Positions 25,932 to 38,800 of a DNA stretch of 64,000 bases are shown one piece after another; positions within the stretch are counted from its first letter, which is position 1, and each line of letters begins with the position of its first letter. The notes beneath the pieces were generated by a model, which saw nothing but the letters and a program-made list of their open reading frames with translations, made no database searches and was not told the origin of the DNA. Location: the NCBI GenBank assembly GCA_964016885.1, contig OZ024742.1, forward strand, positions 272,242,001-272,306,000. The letters are read 5' to 3'. The stretch comes from Eledone cirrhosa (Eukaryota). Position numbers and translations under genes: made by a program.

Positions 25932-28900
25932 ATGGAGACTAGAACGTCATGTGACAGACTCTCACCCAACAGGTGCCCCCTGGCTCAGCAGCAGGAACCT
26001 GACTGTCAACCAAATACTGCTGATGTTGGAGGAAGAAGAAGAAGGAAAGGGGCCAGAACCAACTGGACGAAAGAATTGAATAGAACTGTTATGCAATGCT
26101 ACCTGAAATGTAACCCCAAGGAGAGGGGCTACAGGAGACGGATGCATAACATCTGGAACGAGATTGGTTTATTTAAATTAGATGAACAAAAATTGGCCGG
26201 GCAGGCTCGGGTAATAAGAACTAATGGGTGGATAAGCGAGCTGGAACTGGAGGAACTGAGCAGAGAGAATGGCTTGGAGATGGCGGGTGTAGTATGCCAG
26301 ACAAGCGAGCCGGCGGGAAATGAAGGTGAGGAGGTCCTGAGAACGGAGGAACCACCCGAAGCAGACAATGATCTGAATACTGAGATAAATAATACCTGGA
26401 ACAGAGATACGGCCACTGAGGAGATGAATGCTGACGGGCTAGGACAAGATTCGGTTGACATCCTAAATTTAGTGGTAGATGAGTTGAACAATGATAGTGG
26501 GAGACCTATGAACCTAAGATTTGTAGACAGGAAAAAGTTAAAAAAACAACAGCTAAGGTAAACAAAGTCATCCCATACCTTGAGGCGAGGAGTCTTCACC
26601 AGTGCAACAATATCCTCAAAGCAACAGCAAATACGGTGAGGAAACTACTTGGTATAAAAGCGAGAGGAAACAACAGACAAGAAAGAGCAGAGCCGTGGTG
26701 GAAGAAGCGACTGAGTGGGCAAATCGGGGAAATGAGAAATGACATAGGAAAGCTTGAGTCACTACTGAATGGGACACTAAAAAACATAGGCACTAAAAAT
26801 AGACTGGAAATAAAATACAAAACTAGGAGTAAAAAGCTAAATATTATCATAGAGGAATTGAAGCAACGCATTGTAGCAAAGAGTGCCAAAATCAGGCGAT
26901 ACGAGAACAGAGTCAGTCAGTATAAACAGAACCGCATGTTCGACAACAACCAGAAGATGCTGTTTGGACAGCTTGAGGGGAAAGAAAGAGGCAACGACTT
27001 GATCCCTGGGGCGGAACAAGCTAAAACATTCTGGAGCGGAATATGGGAGCAGGATGTTAGACACAATGCCCAGGCAGGGTGGATTGAGACAGTACAGAGG
27101 GAGATCGGTGAGCAGGCACAGCAACAGACTGATTTGAGTATCACAGTTGAAACTCTTAAGGGGCAAGCCAAAAAACTAACCAACTGGAAATCACTAGGCC
27201 CAGATGGTGTGCAGGGGTATTGGATTAAACATTTAACATCCCTCCACCCGAAGCTGACGGCCATGTTCAATGACTGCTTGGTGTCGGGTAAGGTGCCAGA
27301 GTGGTTGACAAAAGGTACCACAGTTCTGATAATGAAAGACCGAATCAAGGGTAATGATGTTACCAACTATAGACCTATCACATGTCTGCCCGTAATGTGG
27401 AAACTGTTGACGAGCATTGTGTCTGAGGAAATCTACCATCACCTCCACACAAACAACTTGTTGCCGGACGAACAGAAAGGATGCCGAAAGAAGACACGTG
27501 GTACAAAGGACCAGTTGCTTATTGATAAGATGGTAATGGGGAATTGCAGGAGGAGACACACTGATCTTGCCATGGGATGGATAGACTACAGAAAGGCATT
27601 TGACATGGTGCCTCATTCCTGGATCACCAAAAGCCTGGAGATCTTCAGGGTGGCAGATAACATCAGACAGTTGCTGGGCAGGAGTATGGGGTCCTGGGAG
27701 ACAGAGTTGACATCAACTGGAGTATCCTTGGGAAGCGTGAAGATCAAGAGAGGTATCTTCCAGGGAGATAGCCTGTCCCCTCTGTTGTTTGTCCTTGCCC
27801 TGATGCCCTTGACCATTATGCTGCGAAAAGTGAGAGCAGGATACAAGTTGGGAAGGGGAGAGTTTACCATCAATCACCTCCTCTTCATGGACGATCTTAA
27901 GCTCTTCGGGAAAAGTGAGAAGGAGTTGGATGTGCTTGTTGACACTGTCCGTATTTTCAGCAGTGATATATGTATGCAGTTTGGTATTGGTAAATGTGGA
28001 GTCATTGTGATGAGGAGGGGTAGGTTGAGCAGAAGTAACGGGATCCAGATACCAACAGGTGAGATGATAAAGGAAATTGACTCTGAGGAAGGATACAAGT
28101 ATTTGGGCGTTCTGGAGGCTGATGGCATAAAGAACAAAAAAATGAAGGAATTGTTAAGAACTGAATACATTCGGAGAGTAAGGAGCGTATTGAAGTCACA
28201 TCTGAACAGCAGAAATGCCATAAGCGCAGTAAATTCCCGAGCTGTGTCTATTATTAGGTACAGTGCGGGAATTCTGAGATGGAATGTTGCTGAACAAAAA
28301 GAAATGGATAGGAAGACTAGGAAGCTATTGACTATCTACAACATGTTCCACAAGAGGAGTGATGTCGATAGACTCTACCTAAGGAGATCTGAGGGTGGAA
28401 GAGGTCTTATCAGCATAGAGGACAGTGTTCAGTTGGAGAAAAACAACCTATACAAATACGTGACCTATAGTAAGGAGCCAATGCTCAGAGCTGTACTGAA
28501 GGAGGGGACAGTAGGCCAGGGGATATCCAAGGAGGAAATAACATCAAGGAGGAAGAGCAGCCTTAAGGGAAAATCCCTTCATAGTACCTTCTTTGAGAAA
28601 ACTGAATTTAGAGATCCACAGACATGGAACTGGTTGAGAAGAGGAGACCTCAAAAAGGCTACAGAAGGAATGCTAATGGCTGCGCAGGAGCAGGCCCTCA
28701 AAACGAAGTGGTTGAAGCACCATATCTACAAGGAGGAGGCTAGCCCACTGTGCAGGATCTGTGGAGAGAGAGAGGAGACTGTGGCTCACATTGTGTCCGA
28801 GTGTAAACACCTAGCCCAGACCCACTATAAGGGCTGGAGACACGATGTGATGGGCAGGGTGATCCACTGGCACCTGTGCAAAGTAAACAATCTACCACAT

Positions 28901-29323
28901 TCTGAGAAATGGTATGAGCATAGGCCAGAGGCGGTGATGGAGAACAGTCAGGTGAAGGTGCTGTGGGATTTTAGGATACAGACGGACAAAAAACTGGAAC
29001 ACAATAGACCTGACCTGGTGGTTGTGGACAAAGAAAAAAGATCGTGCCTGATTGTGGATGTGGCCTGCCCGTTCGACACGAGAGTGCAAGAGAAGGAGAG
29101 GGAGAAAATTAACCGATACCAGGACCTAAAGTGGGAGGTGAAAAGGATTTGGAACTGCCATGAAGTCAAAGTGATCCCGATTGTCATAGGCGCACTGGGG
29201 ACTATCTCCAAAGGTTTCCAGGGATGGTTAAAGAAAATCGGCCCCTTCACGCTTTTTGGAACGCTTCAAAAGGCATGCTTGCTTGGAACGGCAAGAACCC
29301 TCCGATACGTCCTGAATATCTGA
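25932..29323 (+). CDS. R4/Dong RT-RLE polyprotein (~1130 aa) with one -1 frameshift near 26545
   Basis: R4-type N-terminus (WTKELN..VMQCY...RGYRRRM..W), RT (YRPITCL, DYRKAFD, GIFQGDSLSP, FMDD), CCHC CRIC..H....C, RHD, PDLVV..D...K. Copy 2 reads through the junction as LKETTAK. Confidence 0.88.
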
Positions 29324-29409
29324 GGCTGCAGGTAGTGGCTTGATATTCAATCCAACGGACTTTCCAGTTAATCAACATCAATGACTGAGATTCAAGGAAT
29401 AACAATAAC

Positions 29410-29447
<38 letters not shown>

Positions 29448-29699
29448 TGATTTCTTTATTAACCACAAGGGTTTACATAAAGTAGACATTAAGGACAGTG
29501 CAGGACAATACAGCACTGTACAAATGGGCATTTCTGCGTGTAAAAAACAAAAACAGAAGATGTAACAAAAAATAACAATGAAAAATTCCCCAATAGGGGG
29601 GATACTTCGGAGGGACATTTGTGGAGAAAGCACAGTAAAAGGCCACAATGACCCTGACCACCAAGGCAAGTGCCCTCTCCCAGTTTTCCACCTTTAATT

Positions 29700-32600
29700 T
29701 ACAGACACAAACTCAGAGTAGGCCCATTCACTCGGGCCATACTTGCTTCTCTCACCAATCTTTCAACAAAATGCTGGGAAGAGAGCACTTCCCTCTCTAC
29801 CCTGATTTTCCTTTTCAAATGAAATTTGAAAAAGTTAATCAGGGCATCACCGAAGAGGTAAGTGCTCGTCTTCAGCCCTTTCAAACGTGTCCACCATACT
29901 ATCTCTTTCGCCATGGCCACCAGACAGATAAAAACTGCCTGCCCTTCCCGGCTAAAGGAAGAGGGCGAGGCAAATCCTCACGATGGACTCAGCTGATAGC
30001 TGGATCCGTCCTACACGTGACAGCAGGTGTTCGACATAAACCCACAAGTCAGCAATGCTCGGACACTGGACGAGTGCGTGCAGGACGGTTTCGTCGCCCT
30101 GTGCGCATCTCGGACATGCCCGGCTGACGGCACATCCATGCCTGTAAGTTTATCCCGAACTGGTAAAGCTCCCCGGTAGCACTGCCAGGCCAGGGATTTC
30201 TGGAAGTTGTCCATAGGCCCCGGCCCGAAAGTCCTTCCGAAGAGATTGGCTAGTTGATTTTCGTCGAGCCTAGAGTTTTTCCAAGTACGTCGTCGCTCTT
30301 CCCCTCCATTAATCCCCTATAGAACGCCAAGGTGGAGTTTCCACCGATCTCATTGCCGGATTGGTCGAGGGCTGTGAGCGCCTAAAGACATTCCAGTCTC
30401 CAAGCGCTCCCTCTCGGTCTTCGCTTGACCCAGGACTGCAGCTCCGTCAAGGAGACAAGCTGGGGAAAAACGTGTCTAGCAAACGGCGACCACACATGAT
30501 CACCGCCGAGGAAGAGGTGGAGATGTCGTAGCCTGAGCGCGTGTCTGCGCATCATCAGCCACGGCAAGCCCAGCCCTCCACGTAGCGGGTGTTTACAGCA
30601 GATGGAACGCCTGACCATCGGAGCGCGTCCCTTCCACAAGAAGCGAAAGAGCAAACGCTCCAGCGCAGACAAGGTACGACGGTCAGGCGGTAGTAGATGA
30701 CGGATGCGATGTACGCGTTAGCCACCTCCGCATGACCTTTCAGGGATAGCTTCCTCTCGGCCCATTTCTGGGTGAGAGAAGCCACCCTGCTCGTCACCTC
30801 GTCCCAGTTTTTGTCCGTCTGGAGGTCTGGACCGAACCAGATCCCTAGCAATTTAACCGGTCCGTCCGTCCAGCGCCCGACGACGCTGTTGGAGGGCATG
30901 GACCTGCCTCTCCAGGCGCCGAGCTACAGGCCCACTGACTTTTCCTGGTTGATCATTGCTCCTGTCACCGCTTCGTATTCTCTTAGTGTAGTGCCGATCG
31001 CCTCGATGTGTTTGGCGTTCGACACCACTACGGTGACATCGTCCGCATATGCTGACACGGATCTTCCGCATCCTAGTTCGCGCGGGACACCCCTCAACGT
31101 TTCCAGTTTGTGCAGTAATGGCTCGAGAGTCAATACGTACAAGAGGGACGAGAGGGGACGTCCTTGGCGGACCGAGCGCATGATATTGAACGGTTCCGAA
31201 AGGTGACCATTCACTCTCACTACAGAGAAGATGTCGCTGTGCATGGCAGCGATCCAGCCTCTGAAGACGGGCTCAAAGCGAGCCGCCCTCAGGACTGCCG
31301 CTAGGTAACGATGGTCGACCCTATCGAAGGCTTTCGACTGATCTAAATTTATCAAAGACCCACCTATGCCAGGTTCCCTAGCTACCCTCTCTACGATGTA
31401 TCGCATGAGGTGGAGGTTGTCGTGGATGGATCTGTCGGGAATGGCGCATGTTTGTACCTCTCCCACCACACCACCAGCGACAAACGCCAACCTCTTTGCT
31501 AGCACCTTGGCCAAAATCTTGAACTCTGTGTTTAGCAGAGTTATGGGCCTAAAATTATCTATGTTACCCCCCTTGTTCGGTTCCTTTCTCAGCAGCGCCA
31601 CCGCTCCTCGGCTCACAGAGCTGGGAATTCTCCCCACCTGTTGCCAGTTGCAGTAAACGTCCGCCAAGAGGCCTACGAACAAGTCTGGCATTTGTACGTA
31701 AAGTTCATAGGGCAGACCATCCAAACCAGGCGATTTACCCCTTGTGCAACTAGTCATTGCATCCCGTACTTCAGCGGTTGTTATCAGCTTTTCGCAACAC
31801 TCCGCCTCAGTGGCCGAAAGCCGCGGCAGTCCGTCGAGGTAGACACTAAAGTCCATCCCTCGATCCGGCCCGCCACTGGCCCCGAGCAGTTGAGCGAAGT
31901 GTCGCTAAAAGCTTCACACATTTGCCCGGGCCGAGTATCATGCGCCCGTCGTGGTCCACCAAAGACCGGATCGTGAGTTTGTTGCCACGACGCGCCTCCG
32001 CCACTCGGGCCCATTGAACGGCTTTTGTCCCCTCGTGTCTGAGAGCACGCACCCTAGCTCTGACAACGCAGCCTTCGTGCTTTGCATTGAAGAATTGGTC
32101 AAGGGCCAATTTCGCCGCAATACGTCGGTCGCGATGCCTTAGCTAAGCGCCTCATCTAATTTTCTAACTAATTCTCCCTCTGTTCTATTTTTCTCTATTG
32201 CTAAAGTCTTACTAAACCTAATGGACTCTATTCTAATTGCTCTTTTCAGAGCAAACCACCACTTGTTGTTGACGATGGCCCCCGTCAACGGCCGCTTAAC
32301 TAGTTCGCTAATCCGGTCTCTGTAGGCCTTGCGCGCTGGTAAGGACGCGTTTAGCTTCCAGTAGCCGGGTCCTGTCCATGAAGCCTATCTAAGTCAAGCA
32401 CACAGATCACGAATTTGTGGGCCGTGTAGCTGACTATCTTGAATTGTGGACAGCCTATGCTAGACCTATCTATTTCCCTACAAAATACTCTATCTAGATA
32501 TGATCTGGATGACCCTATGCGATTTGTCCATTGGTACATTCGGGACATCCAATCGGTACCTGTCAGACAGTTCAAAACGCCTGAGCAGGTTGGTGAGGCT

Positions 32601-33089
32601 CTTGCACCCTCCACTCCTATCCGCTAATCCCACACAGTCCCAGCGTGCATCTAAGATCCCGTTCCAGTCACCCACTAACCCTATATAGCGGGACGTTCCA
32701 AGAAAGGTCTCTCAACGCCGGAAGAAATCAGGCCGCCCTGCTCCTGTCGGGGCATAGACGGCCACTAGCTTGAAAGCTTGCCCGTCTCCGCTGGTCACGT
32801 CCAGCACCACCAGCTTACCTTCTGGGTCCAGGAAGATGTCCCGTATGGCAAGATCCAAACCTCTCCGAAAAAGCACAGAAACTCCTCCCCCCGATCCCGG
32901 ACGGCTGGGAGATGCGTACACATCGTAGCCGCCGAAGATCGGTGCGAAGGCCCGTGCTTCGGAGATTCTGGTCTCGCTGATGGCCACTACATCTATGTTT
33001 AGTGACCTGAGGTCGTTGAGCAGGTGGCCCTGCTTCCATGACGACCCCAAGCCACGCGCATTTATGCTGCCTATTCTGAGTGAGGTCAT
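29700..33089 (-). pseudogene. Tx1 copy C ORF2 (APE endonuclease, reverse transcriptase, C-terminal Cys domain), frameshifted
   Basis: SINARGL, VAISETR, VGDWN, SYLDR, KSPGLDG, NFRPITLLN, DQSKAFDRV, RQG.PLS, AYADD, WQCYRGALPV. Confidence 0.88.
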
Positions 33090-35123
33090 GTTGAAAAGGA
33101 GTGGAAAAGATGGGAAAGACCACTTGCCTTACTTCTCGTAGAGGAAGGACGGCTTTTCCATCCTTTTCACTGCTTGTGGCCTCCTCAGGAAGGATGTCCT
33201 TATAAATCCACCTGGAGAGTGCTTGTCGGAAGTCTCCGATGTCTTTGGGGAATTTTTGTTTTAGTTTCATGTACGTTTTCTGTGTGATGCGAGTGATTTG
33301 TATGTGTGGAGGTGGTGTGAATGTTTGGGTTGTTGTGTAGTCTTTGTATGTGATGCTGGTGTTGTGTTGGATGTAGTCTAATAATTGCTTGTTGTTCAAA
33401 TTTAATGCTGTGTAGTGTGTATCGATTTGGCTGTTTTGTTTTGTTTGCGTTTGTTGTGGGTTTGTTTCTGTTTCGCATTTTGGTGACTTTTGTGGTGTAG
33501 GTGATGGTGGTGTTGGTGTTAATGATGGTGATGGTGTTGGTGTTTGGGTTGATGGGGTTGGTGATGCTGGTGTGGATGGTGGCATATCTGTTCTAACTTT
33601 TTTGTTTGTTAATTTATTTGTTTCCCTCTGTATTTTGTTTTTGGAGGTGGAAAGATGAGAATTTTTTCTTTTTTACTTTATTTTTTCCTGATACCGTTTC
33701 CCACTCCTCTTCGTCACAATCTGTCTCCAGTTGTGATAGGCCGGGGAGTGGAAAATCCTCCACAGGCGTTAGTTTTGGTTGTGGCGTGGTGGATGGTGTA
33801 GGCGCAGGTGCTAGTTCTGAAGCGTTGGGTGGTGGTGGTGTTGGTTTTGCTGTTGGTGGTGGTGGTGTTGGTTTTGCTACTGTTGCTGGGGTTGTTGCTG
33901 TTATAGTTGGTTCTGCTGTTGCTGCTATAGTTGTTGCTGCCATCTCTGCTACTGGTGGTGTTGATTGTTGCATCACTGGGGTGGGTAGGAGAGGTGGCCT
34001 CAACCTTTTAGCCTGAGGGCAGAAAGCTCTTAGGTGGGTTCCTTCACCACAAACAACACACCTAGGCCTTCTGCCCTCGACAATTACGGTGAGGTGGCTG
34101 CCGTCAGTGAGGTCTATTACCTCTGGGATCTCCTCAATGCTTTTTTGGTGCGCTTTGATCAGGAGCTCCATCTCAGATCCGGACCAGTTCTCCTGCTTTT
34201 CTTTTGCTATTGCTATTATCTTTGTGTTGGCTTCGATGCCGGCGAGGACGGCCGCTATTAGCCAGGAAATTTCGATGGCCGGTGGAACGTGGGTCACCCT
34301 GATCTTTACGAGTCTCTGGCCACAATAGCTTGGGACGAGTGTGAAGTCGTAACTTCTGAATGGGGCCATGGTGTGTTCTCTAGCCTCCTCTGGTGTTTCA
34401 AAGAACACGTCCACGGTTCCATACTTCTGCCCACGTCTGATGTGGGTTTTTCTTGCCCACACATGTCCCAAAGCTTTTTGGATTTGGGACTCGGATGCCC
34501 GTTCCACTCGGCGCGATTTTACATTTATTGTTCGATACGATACGGTGCATAGGCGCCGATGCTCCATTTTATTAGGTGTGTGTGTGTGTGGGGGGGGGGG
34601 GGGGGCTGACCCTGTACCCATCTTTCTTTACCATTTGTTTGGCATTTTCTAATTTCTCCTGAGTTACCGTAAATGCTTCGCACTGTTTTGCTACTCTGGC
34701 AAAACTCAGGGGGGTGTTTTTAATGTCATTGTTGCTGTTGTTGCTATCGTTATTTTTGTTGTTATTAATTTTATTTTCAGTTGTGGTGGTGGTGACATCA
34801 GTGAAGTTCGGTTTGGGAGAGTCCATTTTGGTTGAAAATATTTCGACATCACGAGTTGATTTATTTTTTCCTTTTGTTTCTGTTGTCGCGGTGGTGGTGG
34901 GGGTGGGGGTTGTCGCGGTGGTGGTGGTGGTGGAGGCTTTAACACCTGCAGTCATTGGTAATGGCGGGAAATGAATGTCTGCCTGAGACAAATTTAAAAT
35001 ATTGCTAGTGCTTAAATTGTTTGTGTTGGCAGACGTATACTCATTTACAATGGTGGTGTCGGTGTGAGGTGTTAATTTGTGAGAAAGGCTTTCAGCTGCT
35101 TGGTGCAGTGGTGAACTAGCCAT
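33090..35123 (-). pseudogene. Tx1 copy C ORF1 (gag-like, CCHC knuckle), split by frameshifts near 34590 and 33600
   Basis: ORF pieces 34572-35123, 33614-34621 and 32815-33585 contain YGTVDVFF, CVVCGEGTHLRAFC and Pro/Thr-rich linkers. Confidence 0.8.
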
Positions 35124-35333
35124 TTTTTTTTCAAGTAAATTTTTGGATAATCATATAAGTTTAAATTTTGGGCACAAGGCCCCAATCATTTTGGGTGTCC
35201 TTTTCGGAAAACAATGTATGTGCGCTTATATATAGTTAACAATAAAAATTTTCCATAAATGGCAATTTTTAACAAACGGATATAACAAACCTTTGCGGAG
35301 CTCACGATGATGCGATTTACTACGTAGGTCGCC

Positions 35334-35380
<47 letters not shown>

Positions 35381-35381
<1 letters not shown>

Positions 35382-35868
35382 GAAGTGGTATGAGCATAAG
35401 CCAGAGGCGGTGATAGAAAACGATCAGGTGAAGGTGCTGTGGGATTTTAGGATACAGACGGACAAGAAACTGGAACACAATAGACCTGACCTGGTGTTTT
35501 TGGACAAAGAAAAAAAATCGTGCCTGATTGTGGATGTGGCCTGTCCATTCGACACGAGAATGCTAGAGAAAGAGAGGGAGAAAATTAACAGATACCAGGA
35601 CTTAAAGTGGGAGGTAAAAAGGATTTGGAACTGCCATGAAGTCAAAGTGTCATAGGCGCACTAGGGACAATGTCAAAAAGTTTCCAGGGATTGTTAAAGA
35701 AAATTGGTCCCTTCACGCTTTTTGGAACGCTTCAAAAGGCATGCTTGCTGGGAACAACAAGAATCCTCCGATACGTCCTCAATATCTGAGGCTGCAGGTA
35801 GTGGCTTGATATTCGGTTCAACAAACTTTCCAGTTAACTAACATCAATGACTGAGACTCAAAGAGTAA
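35381..35868 (+). mobile_element. 5'-truncated R4/Dong fragment (RLE domain and 3' UTR), same family as copy 1
   Basis: VLWDFRIQTDKKLEHNRPDLV and a 3' UTR matching 29324-29400, flanked by (TAA)n. Confidence 0.9.
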
Positions 35869-35896
35869 TAACAACAATAATAATGGTAATAATAAT

Positions 35897-38800
35897 TTAT
35901 TTATTGGCCACAATGGCAGACATCTAGAAAAACATTACAGACGGCACAGGACGGTACAGGACGGTACGATGTGAGTTTTGGGCGTGTAAATATTTATTTT
36001 ATTTATATAAGAAACGAAAAAGAAAAAGGCATAGAAACATATGAAATTTCAAACAAAGAAAAATTCCCCAAAAAGGGGGAAACCTCCGAGGGTTACTCGT
36101 GGCGAAAACCACACAAAAAGGCCACGGCCACCCTGATCCCCAGGGCAAGCGCCCTCTCTCACATTTCCCAGTCCTCAATCTACAGGCGCATACTCAGAGC
36201 GGGCCCATTCACTCTGACCAGTCTCGCCACTTTCACCCACCTTTCAACAAACATGCTAGAAGACACTTGCTTCTCCACCCTGATTTTCCTCTTCAAGTGG
36301 AACTTGAAAAAGTTAATCAGGGTTTGGGAGAAGAGGAAAGTGTCTGTCTTTAACCCTTTCAACCTTGTCCACCACACAATCCCTTTCGCCATGGCCACCA
36401 AGCAGAGGAAAACTGCCTGCCATTCCACCTCTTTAAAGGAGGATGGCGGGTCTATCTCCACAATGGACTCAGTCGATAACCGGATCTGTCCTACACGCGA
36501 CAGCAGCTGTTCGACAGAAGCTCCACAAGTCAGCAATCGTCGGGCACTGAACGAGTGCGTGCAGGACGGTTTCGTCGCCCAGTGCGCATCTCGGACAGAA
36601 TGGGCTGACAGCACCTCCGTGCCTGTAGATCTTATCCCGAACCGGCAACGTTCGCCGGTAGCATTGCCAGGCCAGGGATTTCTGGAAGTTATCCATGGGC
36701 CCCGATCTTAAGAGAGCGAACTGCTGATCGTCTTCGACGCACAGGGTCTCCTCGAGAACGTCGTCGCTCTTCCCCTCCACTAGCCCTTTATATAATGCTG
36801 AGGTGGATGTTCCACCGATACTAGTGCCCAGCTGGTAGAGGGCAGTGAGTGCTTGGAGTCATTCCAGTTTTCAAGCGCTATCCCTCGGTCTTTTCCTGGT
36901 CCAGGACTGCAGCTACGTTAAAGAGACGAGCTGGGGAAAAGCACGTCTGGCAAACGGCGACAACACCTGTTCACGGTCAAGGAAGCACCGAAGATGTCTC
37001 AGCCTCAGCGCATCTTGCCCATCATCAGCCACGGCATGCATACTCATCCACCCAACGGGTGTTGACAGCAAATATATCGTCTGACCATGGGAGCACGTCC
37101 CTTCCACAAAAAGCGGAAGAGAAGGCGCTACATTGTGGTCAGGGTTGGGCGAGGGCAAGGTACGACGCTCAGGTTGTAGCAGATGACGGACGCTATGTAT
37201 GTATTCGCTACCTCCGCTCGACCTTTCAGAGACAGCCTCCTCTCGGCACATTTCTGGGTGAGAGAAGCCACCCTGCTCGTCACCTCGCTCATTTTTTTCT
37301 CCATCTGGAGGTCCGGTTTATCTTTGCTCCTGTCACCTTTTGTATTCCTTGAGAGTGGTGCCGAGCATCTGGACGTGTTTCGTGCTCGACACAACAGTGA
37401 CGTCGTCGGCGTAAGCGGACACGGATCTCCCGCATCCCAGTTCATTTGGGACCCCCCTGATCGTCTCCAATTTGTGCAGTAACGGCTCGAAGGCCACTAC
37501 GTACAAGAGGGACGAGAGGAGGCAACCCTGGTGAACCGAGCACATGATGCTGAAGGCTGCGACAGGTGACCATTCACCCTACAATCGAGCCGGCCGCCTC
37601 GAGGACCACAGCCAGGTACCGATGATCTACCCTATCAAATGCTTTAGATTGATCAGAGTCCCACCCGTGCCGGATTCCTTAACAACCCTCTCTATAATGT
37701 ATCGCATGAGATGGAGGTTGTCATGTATGGATCTGTCCGGAATGGTGCATGTCTGCGCCTCTCCCCCCAGATCACCGACGGCAAGCGCCAACTTCTTTAC
37801 TAACATCTTTGCCAAAATCTTAAACGCTGCGTTTAGCAGAGTTATGGGCCTGGAGTTGTCTATAATGTTCCCCTTGTTCGTGTCTTTTCTCAGCAGCGCC
37901 ACCGCTCCCCCGCTCACAAAACAGGGAATGCTCCAGTTCTGCTACCAGTTGCAGTAGACATCTGCCAAGATGTCGCCGGACAAGTCAGGCATATACGCAT
38001 AAAGCTCGTAGTGCAGACCATCCAAACCTGCCGATTTACCCCTCGTGCAATCAGACATGACTTCCAGTATTTCAGTTGCTGTTATCGGCTTTTCGCAGCA
38101 CTGGGCTGCGGTCGTCGAGAGCCGCGGCAGTCCATCGAGGTATGCACCGAAGTCCATACTCCGACCCGGCCCGGCGCCGCTCACGAACATTTGAGCAAAG
38201 TGCTGTTGAACAGCCGCACACATCTGTTCGCGTTCGAGCAACATGCGCCTGATTTCATCAGGCAAAGATCGATTTGTGGACGTGTTGCCACGTCGCGCCT
38301 CAACCACCCGGGTCCATTGAACGGCTTTCGCCCCCTTGTGTATTAGAGCACGCGCTCTAGCTCTGTCAACGCAGCATTCATGCTTTGCGTTGAAGAATTG
38401 GTTGAGTGCCAATCTCGCCGCAAGCACGTCGGTTGCGATGCTTGTATTAAACGCCCCTTCTAGCTCTACTCTATTTTCCTCTATCCCTACTCCTTTGGTA
38501 AACCTTATCGATTCTACTCTAATAGGCCTTTTCATGTAAACCACCACCTGTTGTTGACGATTGCACCCGCCAATACATGCTTAACTAATTCGCTTTGCGG
38601 TCACTGTAATCTTTGCGCGCCGGGAAAGACGCGTTCAGCTTCCAGTAGCTGGGCCCTTGCCTATGGAGTTTATCTAAGTCAACTGCACAGATCACAAATT
38701 GATGGTCCTTGTAGTCGACTACGTTAAATTTCTTACACTAGCCTTATCTGTTTCCCTACAGAATACCGTATTTAAATACTATCTGGATGACCCGATGCGG

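Larger units (their letters stand above)
24548..29400 (+). mobile_element. Full-length R4/Dong-type RLE non-LTR retrotransposon, copy 1
   Basis: ~1.4 kb 5' UTR, single long ORF and short 3' UTR, flanked by (TAA)n on both sides. Near-identical to 42765-47617 in reverse complement. Confidence 0.93.
29451..35333 (-). mobile_element. Full-length Tx1/L1-type LINE copy C with a few frameshifts
   Basis: 5' end at 35333 next to the (TTA)n array. ORF1 starts at 35123, ORF2 at 33089. The 3' end carries AATAAA followed by (TTA)n on the element strand. Confidence 0.92.

Noticed and set aside
26837-29250. Antisense ORFs over the R4 RT
   Set aside because: They are shadow ORFs of the coding strand with no independent motifs.
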